From Schmidtea polychroa (Eukaryota): DNA of 64,000 nucleotides. Location: assembly GCA_044892525.1 (NCBI GenBank), contig CM097885.1, forward strand, positions 51,152,001 to 51,216,000, in the 5' to 3' direction. Below the pieces are notes generated by a model that searched no databases, was not told the DNA's origin, and saw only the letters and a list, made by a program, of their open reading frames with translations. This document shows positions 13,946 through 27,707 of the stretch, in pieces; position 1 is the stretch's first letter; the number at the start of each line of letters is the position of its first letter. Made by a program: the position numbers and the translations under genes.

Positions 13946-16498
13946 CAGGGGTTCTTAACCTTTTTTACATCATATCTCACCTAAGATTTAATTTGATGTT
14001 TTCACCTCCAGCAGAATTATTTTTTTTAAGATAAGATAAGAAACATAATTAGTGGTATACCAACATTACATATATTATTTTATTTTCACCATTTTAATAT
14101 ATTTATAAAAAAAATTATATTTAATTCATACTGTGATATAAAAAATTATATTTTATATTTAATTCATATTGACAAAATTTATTTAAACTTTAAAGATAGA
14201 AAATATGTGAAAAATTTAAAGAATAATTCCCAAATTCAAAGAATATTTTTTATATAAATACTACAAAATAATAAGGCAGCATTAATGAGATGATTGTTGC
14301 TGCTTGCCGTCAATAAGATGCGAAATTCGCGGAACAATCTTAGACAATGCTAAGCGCATGTCATGCCTGGCATCCAATCGATTTCTGGTTTTCGGCTTTA
14401 CATTGACCAATGTTGAAAATACAGATTCGCAGAGGTATGTTGTTGCAAATGGTATCAAAGCTGAAAGAGCTTTATTTGCCAAAACCGGATAAGAATCTAT
14501 TTGTGAGCACCAAAATTCATCAAGATTTTGGTTGATAAATTTTTGCCTGACCATAGCCTTGCTCTGTAAATCAATGAGGTCGTCTTTTTGCATGTCAGCA
14601 TCATCCATGGAGTCTAAATTAAATATGAAGGGATTTCGAATCCACTGATCAATTTTCAAATTGTCTTCTACAAAGTAGTTATCAAAAGAATTCATGAGAT
14701 TATCCAAATGTATTAAAATATCAGTTCGAATCCAATCTGGCACCGCTTTTAATAAAGATTCAGCACAGAAAACCTTTTCTAGAGATGGGAAATTTGCATA
14801 ATTACCTTTTGATACGCGGTTCTTCGAAAGAGCTAGTTTTTGCTTGAAGGCTGTAATCTTCTCATTTGCATCTAAAATAGTAACTTCTGATCCTTGAAGG
14901 GAAATATTTAGATCATTTAAATATGGAAATACATCTGCAAGATAGGCCAATGATGCAGTAAAATTGTGAGTTTCAAACTCTCCACACAATTTATTTTCTT
15001 TCTCTCGAAAAAATGTTATTATCTCCATTTTGAGTTCCAGAACACGAGTGAAAACTCGTCCACGTGAAATCCAGCGTACATCAGTGTTATAAAGCAGCAT
15101 TTCATGAGAAGCTCCAACTTCTTGGCATAATATTTTGAAGAGTCTGTGATTCAAAGCTCGAGATCGAATGAAATTTACAGCTTGGACAGTGATATCCATG
15201 GCAGACTTGAGTCTTTGTGGAAGAGTTCGTGATGCCAATGCATGGCGATGTAAAAAACAATGCAGAACCATAACATATGGAGCCATCGCTCGTACTAATG
15301 CTCCAAAACCAGAATTTTTCCCTAGCATGGAAGGTGCACCATCAGTACATATGAATCTTAACTTTTCCTTCCAATCAAGTTTATTTTCTGAAAAAAAATC
15401 ATCAATTATCTGGTACACATCAGTCGCTTTTGTAGTAGCTAATATCGGATGGCAGAACAAAAACTCTTCTTTAATACCAGTTTCGGTGGTATATCTAACA
15501 AAGGTCAAAAGTTGACTGCACTGAGCTACATCAGTACTTTCATCCAGTTGCAGACCAAAAGGAAGAGTTGTTTTCTTCAGTTCTGACATAAGTTGATTCA
15601 AAATATCAGATGACATTTCCACAATTCGACTTCTTATCACGTCATTTGAAAGAGGTACTGCCGCGATCTGATTTCTCTGTGGCTTTCCGAGAACAGCTTC
15701 TACCATTTCAAGAGCACAAGGCTTGACCAACGTTTCATCGATGGTATGAGACTTTTTGTTCTTTGCGATAAGATATGCTACTTTATAACTAGCTGCAACA
15801 AGTGGCTTTTGATTAATTCCAAAACCTACCTTGGTTAAAGTTCCTGATGAAAGAAATCGAGCTTTTTTCTGCTTGAGAGATTCAAGTGAGTCTCCAGAAT
15901 TATTTGAATGCATTTTTGTAAAATGTTCAAGGAGTTTAGAAGGCCTCATATTATCATTGCAGAGAATTTTTGAGCATAGAAAGCATTGGGGTTTTTCGAT
16001 TTTATCACGAACACAGCATGTAAATCCAAATTTCACATAATCCTCACTATATTTCCTTTTTTTCGACATATTTCTTTTTTATTATTAGCGGTAACGAAAT
16101 AATTAAAACAAGTTAAAAGAAATGCAACTATCAGCAGCCAATATAAACTTTACTAAACTTGAATATAAAAATGTATATAATTTTGAATTTTTTCAAAGGC
16201 TACTTGATTTCAAAAGAAACATGATTAATTAGAAATAGTTATGTACAAAAATAGAGAAATGCTAACATATTTAGCAAAAAAGTAATCGTTCAAATTTTAT
16301 TTTGTATAATATAAATATGTACATAATAAATAAAACAAGTTTAAATTTTGAAGAATTTTTTTAAATTATTTTTTTTGTAAATAATTTTAATTTTTAATTT
16401 AAAAAAAACATAACAAAATAAAACAAAATCTCATACCTCCCCTATCACATTAGTATACTTCACCAAAGGAGGTATACCTCACTGGTTAAGAAACCCTG
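13946..16498 (-). mobile_element. hAT transposon, Buster/Charlie group, full length
   Basis: 15-bp TIRs CAGGGGTTCTTAACC / CAGGGTTTCTTAACC; perfect 8-bp TSD TTGTAAGA (13938-13945, 16499-16506) with the central TA typical of Buster elements. Confidence 0.96.
14282..16069 (-). CDS. Intact Buster-family hAT transposase, 595 aa
   Basis: BED finger (CFLC...HFTKMH), LQLDEST, CTDGA, HCFLHRHAL, VRWISRG, YLCESVFS; no stops or frameshifts. Confidence 0.95.
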   Translation of the reverse strand: MSKKRKYSEDYVKFGFTCCVRDKIEKPQCFLCSKILCNDNMRPSKLLEHFTKMHSNNSGDSLESLKQKKARFLSSGTLTKVGFGINQKPLVAASYKVAYLIAKNKKSHTIDETLVKPCALEMVEAVLGKPQRNQIAAVPLSNDVIRSRIVEMSSDILNQLMSELKKTTLPFGLQLDESTDVAQCSQLLTFVRYTTETGIKEEFLFCHPILATTKATDVYQIIDDFFSENKLDWKEKLRFICTDGAPSMLGKNSGFGALVRAMAPYVMVLHCFLHRHALASRTLPQRLKSAMDITVQAVNFIRSRALNHRLFKILCQEVGASHEMLLYNTDVRWISRGRVFTRVLELKMEIITFFREKENKLCGEFETHNFTASLAYLADVFPYLNDLNISLQGSEVTILDANEKITAFKQKLALSKNRVSKGNYANFPSLEKVFCAESLLKAVPDWIRTDILIHLDNLMNSFDNYFVEDNLKIDQWIRNPFIFNLDSMDDADMQKDDLIDLQSKAMVRQKFINQNLDEFWCSQIDSYPVLANKALSALIPFATTYLCESVFSTLVNVKPKTRNRLDARHDMRLALSKIVPRISHLIDGKQQQSSH

Positions 16499-16619
16499 TT
16501 GTAAGAAGTTAATTCTCGTTGACCTTGAAAGCATAATGATATATTGTAATTTCCTTTATTACAATTTATATACATGATAGTTTCAGTCATCAGTGAATTG
16601 AATCAATCCCTCAACAGAG

Positions 16620-16915
16620 TGAGATTCAAAATGAACCTGAAGTTCTTTTCAATATTCCTAAAGTAAACAGAGGATCCATGACTCAAATGATGTTGGGGAC
16701 ATTTATTGCACCAAAGATGTATGTTGAAATTCAAGCAGTTCTTTCTTTGTACTCTTCAGGTCGTTCCTCGGGTATCATTCTATATGATCCGGGTATGATC
16801 CTATATCTCACAGTATGTCAATTTATGGAAGTTATGTGTTACCTCATGCTATTTCTATATTTAATTTAGCTGGAAGAGACTTAACTGATAATATTTGTAA
16901 AGATTTATATAGAAA
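16620..16915 (+). pseudogene. Degenerate actin pseudogene fragment
   Basis: [41 protein letters not shown], then after a frameshift [28 protein letters not shown], matching actin PKANREKMTQIMFETF...[20 protein letters not shown]...[17 protein letters not shown]. Confidence 0.88.
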
Positions 16916-19084
16916 CACAGCCTTATCAATTGATTCAACAAGTATCCTGGTTTTGTTGTTCGAATGCATATGTTAACTTTGTATGAGAATTATATGAGAA
17001 TCAAACACCTTGGTCGAACTACATCATTGCCAGATCAGCTTGATTTTTTGATAAATGTCAGAATTTAGTTGAGCTAAACGGGACAACTTCCACTGGTATT
17101 AAAGAGAGAAGGATGTTGTACAAACTTTGGCGTTCTGAAAAATAAATTAGAAGGATTTAGCTATGATTATGGACATGACTCACATGTACTTTGCCGGGTT
17201 CTTTTTTGGAGGATGAAAACAATGAAAGATGAACAGAGATAAAGATGAAAACATATGTAATCGTTAATGATACACTCAATGCGTGTTGTGTAGAGGTGAT
17301 GAGGTGCGTGGGAAGAATAAATTTAAGGATGAAGATAAGATTCAAATAGAGACAATTAAATGGTTATAAGTGAGCCATATAGACCAAGTTTTCTTAAATA
17401 TTGGTTTTAATTTAAAAGAACTTTCCCTGTTTTTTCAAAATCATTTTAACTTTAAAAGTTTATGCTTAATCGACTTGAGCAATCTTATAAATTATTGAAT
17501 GTCTATTTCTAGAAAAATTTTAATTTAAAAAACCTGTATTTATATTAAAAGTTGTGAAAATAATTTTGGACGAATGAACTTACGAAAGATTGGTCCACTT
17601 CAGGCTTCGGCATCTATGGCCATAAATATAAGACAAGCTTTTAGATGCCACATTCTACACTTTTATTATTTAAGACCAGTGAACATTTACAAAACTTAAA
17701 AGTGGCATTCTGGATCACAAAGTTTCCCCACTTCTGATTTACACGGTGTCACCTTTAAAATTCCAGAAACAATATAGACATACGCTTTTCTCCCAAGGTT
17801 ATATTCTAACTTCATCGAATTCTCACCTTTCTGCTTTAAAAGATTACATTTTATAATGTAAGTTAATCACCACAATTTCTGCATAAAAATGATTTTTTTC
17901 TATTCAAATTAACAATGAAATAGAATTTAAACTTTTAGATAAAAATTCTAATATTTTTATTTGTACAAGTAGACATATAAATAAATATAGAGACAGTTGG
18001 GACAATCACACTCGATTTTTAAGTCTACAATACCGACATTTTGAAAAAATTAATGAAACAAAAATTAAAGAAAATTATTTAGAATTTCTTCGGTAATGTC
18101 ATTGAAAATTTATAATTGTGAAATTCTTAATTAGTTTGTTATAAAGTGCTAATAGCTATTTATCTAAATTATTATGACACAAGTGACATAAATAATTTAA
18201 TTTGAAAAATAAATTAAAAATTACCGGAAAATACAGTTAACGACATGATAAAGTCAACAAATGGGTTTTGATCAAATTTTAATATTTTCTTCAAAAAATT
18301 ATCTTCAATAAAACAAATTTTGACATCAATTAATAAGATAACAATAACTTATCTAAATTTCTTTACTGCTAAATTCAATATTTACAATATTTCATTTGAT
18401 TTATCTAAACATTTTAGCTGTCATCAGTCCCTTCTTTAACACACTGTGTTCATTTTAACATTTATCTACTAAGTTTCTGTTCTTTTTTAAAGTTTTTATT
18501 CAAACAATTACACTTCCATCATCTAACTATTGGGCTTAAAGTATGGTTGTTAATATCGATATTTTGGCAAACCAATTATTGGTTGTAGAAATTCGATTTG
18601 AAAATGATTATTGTTTCTCAGTGACCTTCATAGAAACATATTATAATACACCAAACGGCAATTGATAGGCGTTTTCCGAAAATTAATTAAGAGCACGTTT
18701 AATTTATTTTATTTTATGTAATTTTTTAATTTTAGTTTTTGACTGTAACAAGATTACTTTTTAAGTAATTTTATTATTAATTTTAAGAATTTTTAAAAAT
18801 ATTTTATAGAATTTGTAATATAATTATTCAAAATAAAGTTAATATATTTATTTAAATATGTAAAAAAACACTAATCAATAATTGATTATTTTCTAATTAT
18901 AGATTTATTACCCTTATTTTGTTAAATAATTTTTTGTATATATTTTTTCACTTTTTGATCAAACTATTTGTATTTAAAAAACTATAATTTAACTAATTTT
19001 CAAACATAAACACAAACATTTCAATGGATCTGTTAATGTGGAACAGTTATGGAATAAAAATAATTTGCAAAATTTTACTATGAT

Positions 19085-19814
19085 TAGCAAAAAAATTTAT
19101 ATATAAAAAGAATGCATAACAAATATTAGTAAAATCAATAAAAGTGCAAAATAAATTGAAAACTTACTAAAAATCAAATATCAATATTGAACGGGGGTAT
19201 CGGGTTGAACGCCAAATCGATAGTCGAGTTCAGAAATTATAATGAAAATTTAATAGGGGATTCACAAGGAAAGTTAATGAGAAAAAAAAATTAATTAATC
19301 TGTAATGGAAAGCCTGAGCCCATGGGAGACCCGATTCGCAGTGAGGCCAATCTATCAGATAATAGAAGGAATATTTCGAGCGCCAATCTAGTATAAAAAA
19401 TTTAAAATTATTTGGAAACACTCAAATGTTTAGTTAATATTCCCGGGAAATAATTAATTGCAATTCTGCAAATAATTGCCCTCTCAGAAACAATATAAAA
19501 AGAGAGCTCAGGAACAGACAGGCCGCCAGTTGGTCGAAGAAACAAAGAGACGCTCAGAGAATCAAGTGATCAGTGATCAGAAAAAGAAATATAGTAATTC
19601 GAAAAGTGTTATCTTTGTATTAGAAAAGGTGTTTGGTCCTCCGGTTATCTTTCTTAACGAATTATATTTATTTTGAGCGAAAGGTGCAAATAGAGTGACA
19701 CGTTGAAATTTGATTGAAAATGAATAAAGTTATTCTGTGTTGGGTTTCGACTTATTTGTTTGAATAAGAACACGAGGAGTCAGAGAGAACCGACTTGAAA
19801 ATTAAAAGCCAACA
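19085..19814. mobile_element. LTR copy, same family and orientation as 2300-3037, left end eroded
   Basis: Colinear with 2300-3037 (GAGTTCAGAAATTATAATGAAAATTTAAT, GAATAAGAACACGAGGAGTC); ends GCCAACA. Confidence 0.8.
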
Positions 19815-22800
19815 AAATAAATTAAAATAAAAAATAAAAGTAATATTTATGAACTTGAATAGTGATCTCATAATTATATAAATCAAAATTAAAGCCTTAA
19901 AATTTACTTAAAATTAATAAAACTTACTTGAAACCCATTTCTAAAATTAAAAAGATTAACTTACAAACTTCATTTTTTCATAAATGGTGAGTCACCTACA
20001 ATTGGTGTACACACCAACGTGTTTTATAGAAACCTTTACACCCTTTTGCAGTTTTTGGGCTAGAACTTTATTCTAGACCCAAAAATCTTGAAAATGTGAC
20101 GAAATGTGGTGGTACATAACACGCACCCCTAGTATTAGGTTTATTTAAATAGAAAATATGCAACATAGAATAAACAATAATAATTAAAAGTAAGAATAAC
20201 AGAAAATAAAACATCTGAACTAAAAAATAAAACAAGACACGATGCAAGAAGTACCACATGAAAATTGACTTAAATATAACAGAAAAGCACAAAAGTACAA
20301 AAACGAACTCGAATGAAGTAAAAACTGTTCTTGGGCTGAATTAGAGTGTGGTATTAGACTGAATTAGATGTAGGAAAAGCCAAAGGTAAAAACGAATAAG
20401 TAAAAATTCAGTATTAAATAGACTAAGTAAAAATAAACTCAAAAATAAAGAGAGTCGAAAGAATTAATAAGAAAAAATTTAAGCAAATAATAGAATAAAA
20501 ATGAAACAGCTAAAAAAGAAAAATCACAAGAAACAGAAACAAGTATGAAAAAATAAGATACTAACCATGGGCGATAAGACAAAAAGAAAAAAAAATTAAT
20601 AAAAATAAGAATAAAATCTAAATACGAAAACCATAAAATAAGGGCATAAAATATCAACTAAAAACGAAAGAAAATTAGAAACAGGCAATTACACACAAAC
20701 TTATTAACGAAAATCCACAAAATTACACAGAAATAAAGGAAATAAATAAAGCAATAAATTAATTAAGTAAAACAAATAAATAACCCAATAAAAACAATTA
20801 AAATATAAGAAATAAACAAAAATAAACAAAACACAATGTTAGAAGCTATAACATTTAATTCTTCTGTCATCAAAATAAATTACTAAGACTATTAAATCCA
20901 AAAATTATATTTCATTAAATCTGATTATATAAACAAATATTCTTGGGACATTTTCTAAATTTTAATTTCAACCAAATATCAACATACCATCGCATTCATA
21001 CTTGAATTTCAATTTTATTAAAAATTATTTTATTTTAAAATTTCAATTATCATTTCAATTTTAATATCTTAAAATAATTTAAGTTTCAATTAAAATTTTA
21101 CAAATTTTAATCATGAACTAATTTAATTTAGTATTTCAATTTTAACTCCTCACACACAACATAACTCAGTCCTGATTGGATAAAATATACTATATAAGGC
21201 AAACACTAAGTCATTAGTTTAACTTCTTAAAAATCCTTACAGGTAAAATTTTTAGTCATTTTGAACTTCTTAAAAATCCTTACAGGAATCAAACTTCATT
21301 ACAGAGCATATTTATCAGCGACTATCAAGAACTATACAAAACTCACTACAGGACTGTTTAGCCATCGACTTCACGGAGCATTAAAGGAACAATACCGAAC
21401 TACTGAGCATTTTAGTTACTGAGAACTTGAATTTTTCACTGAACGGAAAGTTATTTGACGATAACCGTTTAAAGAGCATTACGGATATTACCGACTGATT
21501 ACTATATCCAATTCGGTCTAATAGTTTTGAAAAACCAGTTGAAAGGAACAAGTAATGATTAATATTTTTTTTATTGATTTATGAATTGGTATTAGTAATT
21601 GATTGTTATGGTATTATAAATTTTCATTAGATAAAATATTATATTTGGCAACATTTTATGACTTTTCTCTTCACGGGACTGGCTCCGCTGCCGTTTGGGA
21701 ACTTTGAGTAACCAAAATAGAAACGTCGGTTACAGCATGTTGTGAGAATCACCCATTGTCTTGAAAGATTCGAGCATTTTGGCAGATAGAGAAATGCATA
21801 ATCTCCAGAGAAAGTTTTAGCCATTAAAATGTCAGTCGTAATAATACAATGAGAAACGCTCGATCCAATTGAAATGGAGAATTTGCATCTTCAGATCTTC
21901 TGTTATAGGACGACCAACTTCGCCTAAAAGTTCATAATTACTTCGAATGTACAGTTATCCGTTTTTTTCATCTTTAGCAATAAGATTTACGATTTCTCAC
22001 AGGAGTCCACAAATCTATTTTTCAGCATATAGATTCGAACGTTATGTGAATAGTGACATCATTTTGATTTTCCCGGGATTTCCGCTGTGGTAGATTTTCG
22101 CATTCGTCCACCAAATAGTCGAAAGATTAGTGTAAATATTTTACACATCCGGCCAAGCGAAATCTAAATATTTACAGTTCATACTGTTCCAATACCGCCT
22201 TTCTAGATTTGCCAACGAGTAACGTAAATCAGTAACGTAAACGAAGTCAGATAGACTTAGGCGCTGATTTAAATAAATTGATAAATCTTGTTTACATCGT
22301 CATTCTCAACTACATCAGCCTAAGAGTCACCTTGTCTATTATAATAATTACCCAAGTTGAAATAAACAAATTAGAACCAGGCGAGAATAGTTCTAGTAAA
22401 TACCGTTAGATCAGTTAAAAGATTGTTTATCATATGGAATCATAAGACGACATCCATTAGAATAAATCGCGAATAAGATAATTGGATAAACATTACACAA
22501 TGTTTAAATTGATATAATAATGACAGTAATACAATTTCTGAATTTTCCTTTTATAGATCCATGTTCCCTTTAAATGATTATTAATAATGGTAGAATTTTA
22601 CCGTCAATAATAATATATTCAGCGCACATCATACAGACTACAATTAATAAAATGCAAAATTTCGGTAAAAATTGAGTTTTAATAATTTTTCTAACAAGAT
22701 TAATTGATCCAATCTCACCCTTAACGATTCAATTCCCGTGACGGAATTCGATTTGGGTAGTACGGTGAGTAAAATATTTCAAGGTGGTTTGCAAGCTAGA

Positions 22801-25800
22801 GAGAAGGGAATTGTTATCAAAACGTCTAATAACCTTTTGCGACGAATTTTCATATATTGCGATAAACCTTCCTAATTGATCTTAGCTATTTGTGAACCAA
22901 GTTCACCGTCAAAAAAGCCAAAACCATGCTTTTTTTGTGCAGATAAAAATGCAGACAGGGAACTGCATGAATATATAGGGGTTCTGAAGAAGCGTATAGA
23001 GACGCTCGAATGCACGTGGTTCTCCCCGCCATAGATGAAAGAAGAAAAGACAAAGATACTGCGACTGGAGCACTGCAGTGACAGCCTCCCTAAGGAAAGC
23101 CGTTGTCAGAGGTTGACAATTAAGGCTCAATCAGAAGCACTGTACCAGGTGTATTCTGAATCCGAAATACGGAGAAGGGTACGAGAATACCCTATCAAAG
23201 ACTGGACAAACGTGTTACCTTTAACCAGTTGCACTGATCATGGATTTGACTGTCCACCAATGATCGACCCAGTTCTGTCAGAGTCATCGAAGGAACACAT
23301 CATCCTCTTCGAAAAAACGAAAGCATCCTTATCGGGCTGAAAGAAATCAGAAACGCCGAAATGAGATCGCTGCTTTAGAGGCGTCGTTATTTGCCGCTCA
23401 GGCGTTCAGTGCACAAATTCCGAAGGAAAAGACACAGACACCAACAAAAACTTATCGTATCATTATTTATTGATTAAATATTTTTTTTGTTATCGATTTT
23501 CTATTTTTAAACAAAGGAATTTAACCGAAGGGCAAGTAATCAATTTGGACAATTAATACTAACACGTCCTTCACCAAATATCAGCCCTGAGCTTAGAGAC
23601 ATCTAGTAACCCACCCAACACGCCACCTCAGTGAACTGTCCAATCACTATCGACCATAAAGAATTTCGAATCAATCATCTAATACTGACACGAATCGAAT
23701 AGATCGGGAAAAGGATAAAGGACCCTTTTCAGAGCCGGCCAACACCAACCATAACATCAACACTCCGGTAATACTAATAACATCAGCTAAATCGTGATTA
23801 ATGATATAAAATGTAAAGTGTCATCTAAATTACGAAAAGAATTCTTAGATTATCAGGAAAGTAAAAATTACAGTAACTAAACATATTATCTATCACAAAA
23901 TTTCCTAGAGAAAACTCGAATTAATTTTAATAACATATATTATACACAAAACATTCTCAGAGAGATCTAACAAACTATTTGGGATTCTGATCTTAAGCTC
24001 CATAATAAAATGACACAGTAGACATTTGTTAATTATCTTCCTGGTGGAATATCGGTTTCCTAAAAGAAAAGACGATATTATCACAAGAAATAAATTACTC
24101 GCCCAAGATTGTGGTTGATCTCGCTACCTACAACAACCGCAATTAAGGAATACAACGACCCGAACAAAATGCACAGATCGTTGCATTGCGCCTCCCTGCG
24201 GCTGGTCCTGATGGACACATAACATCCAAATTTCGATGGCTGATAGGGCAATATCTCTAATAAACATTGGGATTAAATAATCACCAAAGAGTGTAACTAA
24301 ATTAACTAGTTAAAACAAATGCTCATTTTTTCTTCATTGATTTTAAATTAATTATAAAACGGTAGAAATCTCATGGAAAACAATATCTGTAAAAGTACCG
24401 TATTCAATTTTTATAAAGCTTATCCGAAATTCCCAGTTAATCAATTTTTTATTTAAAGTAAAATATAAAAATAGCACATTTGGTTTTGTAAAGTTTAACT
24501 GAAATTTCAACTTACGAAATTTTTTTTTAAGTAAAATTTAAAAGAAACTTAATCGGCTTTATAGATTTAAACGGAAATTTTAAGCTATTAATAATTTCTT
24601 TAAAGTAAAGTGCAAATGTGGTTAAGGCAATTTATAAATCTTGTTGGTTACTTAGGGGTGTGTCATTTTATATTTTAAATACGTCAGGGGTAATTTAGAT
24701 ATTCACTCGACTCTTTCCTAAGCACCTCCATGACTATTGCACCTTAAACCATTTGTGTACCCATGGCGACGACCATGTTGGTAATGTACACAGAGGCGAA
24801 AAACAATGAACAGGTGAGCTCTATTGCTAAAACTAATCCCCATTGTATTTTCTCTTCGGGTTCTAGACGGCCGATAGAAGGTCTTACGTCATTAATCATT
24901 TTCTATTTCTGCTTTCTACTTTTCTATTTTATTCAGCTATGGTCCTCATTTTTGGATGTTTTCTATTGTTTCTTTTCAAAATTTTGTGCAGGGATGTGCC
25001 CTTAATTTTCTGTAGGAAATCATTATGTGTTTTCTATAATATTTGTCGATAAATGTCGTTCCATATTTTCGGCGGGTCTTGTGGAAAATGTGACTTAATT
25101 CTTCAAAAAGTTGAGTAGGGGTCTGCCCTTATTCCCAATTTAATAAACATGTTTCCACCCTTCTCCTAAAAATTTTGAGCAGGGATCTGCCTGTTTCTAA
25201 TCCTGACTATCGGATATCTTAACCATTCGTGGATTCTATGAGAGTACCTAAACCTACTTTATCTACCGACAACTGGCCCTAACTATCCTCTTATTTCTCC
25301 TAACTCAGAAATATCTATGAAAATAAAAGTGACTGAGCCGTCCTATACTATCTAACTCTAAATAAGGTCATAAACTATCTTAAAACGACTCTACGCTCTC
25401 CATTCGTTCTTATCATTATCTATATCCTCTAATCCGATGGACCAAAATGACGAAACATCTGCTGACCAACGACATGAATGTCATCAGTTCGCAACTATTC
25501 CGCTGAATCTAGAGCATCGACACATAAATTTCATAAAAAACCAACCTACATTATCATATTATCCAAAAAAAATATCATAAACATGACTCCAGAATCAATT
25601 TTAAAACAAACCCAATTAAAAATTTTTATTCAATCCTACAAATTACATTTTACATCATATAAATTTGTCATTAATAAAATCAAACCCATCTTACTCCCAT
25701 TAAAATATTATTCCAAGTTAAATTAAAATGAACAGACACAAAATTAGCCAAACAAATTCAATTACTAAATTCTAAAAATTACATATTATTTCATATAAAT

Positions 25801-27010
25801 TTATCATTAACATAAAATTAACAAAAATCAAATTTACCTCACCACGCATGCATAAAACTGACAATCGAGAGCCACGGGATTTGCATTGTCTACTGTAGCG
25901 ATTTTCAGTTAACCAGTTGAGCGTGACTTACCAAAAAATGAAATTTCACTCAGTATTTATACTGATTGAATTATACGCCTACGCATTTTCTGCTAATATA
26001 TCCAATTAGAATGCGAGGCAATTCTGATTAATTTTTGCATGCATGCATGAATGTGTGCAATTGTTTAATTTTTAATTTAATTAATCAAAATTCTATTTTT
26101 TTATTAATTTTTAAGATTTATTTTTATAATTCTATAATTTAAATAGTTTTTGCTAATTTTAATTTAGTTTTACCAGTTTTTATAATTTAAATAAGTTTAG
26201 TTAGTTTTATTTTAGTTTCATTAATTTAAACAATTTGGTTTTATAATTTAAATAATTCTGTTGGTTTTATTTTTAGTTTTCATTAAACAATTTAGTTTTA
26301 TAAATTTTATGGTTTATCTAATTTTACTACTTTTGTTCTACTTTTTATCATTTTATCCGTTTACTAGATATTTTATTTTAAATTTTACATTTATATATTT
26401 AAAAATTTTCCATATTATTAATTAATTTATTACCCAATATATTTTTTATTATTTTTTTAATTTTTAGTTGTTAGATATTCCGAATGCGATATTTCTCCTA
26501 ATGATGTTAGTGATTGCGACCTCTATTTGCGTTCCTTTATTTTATTACCCGGGTCTTATTTATCATCCATGTGTTATGTACTTTAGTTTGTATTGATTGG
26601 TGTTTTTATTTAACTTGGTGCGATTTTTATGTTATATATTTTTGATTCATTAAAACAAGCTCTCGATTCTCAGTTCTAGCCCAACAATCTTATCTGTATT
26701 TTCAATTCATCCGTTGTTAGCAATCATAACGGCAGTCTCTAGGTAGTCAATAATCTCTTTAAAAATATCTACGATATGTCGTATAAAGTAACACCAAGAA
26801 TGAAATCGACAAGGGGAAATATTAGTTCACTTCGTTCCCTCGAATCCCGGTAAAGAGTAAACCAAACGACGGGCCAACAGCAACTATTTGGGGGGTCATG
26901 AATGGTTGATAATTATCTTCTTCCGTAATTTTCGTCTCTAGATAATCACAATATTGAAAATTTAATGAATTATTCTGCAAGATCTAATAATTTAAATACA
27001 ATTAAAAAAT

Positions 27011-27707
27011 TGTTGGGTTTTTATTTTTAAAAGTGTTCTTATTCAAACAAATAAGTCGAAACCCAATACGGAATAACTTTATTCAATTTCAATCAAATTA
27101 CAATTTGTCACAATATTTGCACCGTTCGCCCAATATAATTTTTACTCAATAAGGTAAATAACTCAAGGGGTACTTTCACCTTTTAATTAATTAATATATT
27201 TCCTTTTCTGATCACTGATCGCCTGATTCTCTAAGCCTCTTTTTGTTTCTTCAACCAACTGGCGGCTTGTCTGTTTCTGAGCTCTTTTTTTCCGTTTTTG
27301 AGAGAGCACTTATCTACAGAATTGCAATTAATTATTTCCTAGGAATCCTAGGTAAACATTTGAAGGTTTTAAAACTATTTTAATTTCTTAATCCTAGATT
27401 GGAGCTCGAAATATTCCCTCTCTTATCTGATCTATCGGGTCTCACTGCCCATCGGGTTTCCTTCAGCGCTCGGGTTTCTCATTTGCTCGGGCTTTCCATT
27501 ATAGATTAATTAATTTGTTTTTTCGCATTAATTTTCCTTGGGAACCCTTTATTCAATTTTTATTATAATCTCTGAAACTCGTCTATCAATTTTAATTTTG
27601 ATTTTTTGTAAGTTTTAATTAATTTTGCACTTTTATTGATTTTACCAATAATTGTTATGCCTTTCTTTTATATATACGTTATTTTGGTTTTTGTACTAAC
27701 CCTAACA
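27011..27707. mobile_element. LTR copy, inverted relative to 2300-3037
   Basis: TGTTGG at 27011, CTAACA at 27702-27707; reverse complement is colinear with 2300-3037. Confidence 0.82.

Noticed and set aside
15168..16040. Plus-strand ORFs opposite transposase or gag/pol genes (also 14304, 35514, 61714, 63264)
   Set aside because: Antisense shadows of real coding sequences.
19850..20020. Similarity to 53225-53390
   Set aside because: A real but short, diverged dispersed repeat with no termini or coding signal to classify.
19085..27707. LTR copies at 19085 and 27011 as the two LTRs of one provirus
   Set aside because: They are in opposite orientation and no gag/pol lies between them.
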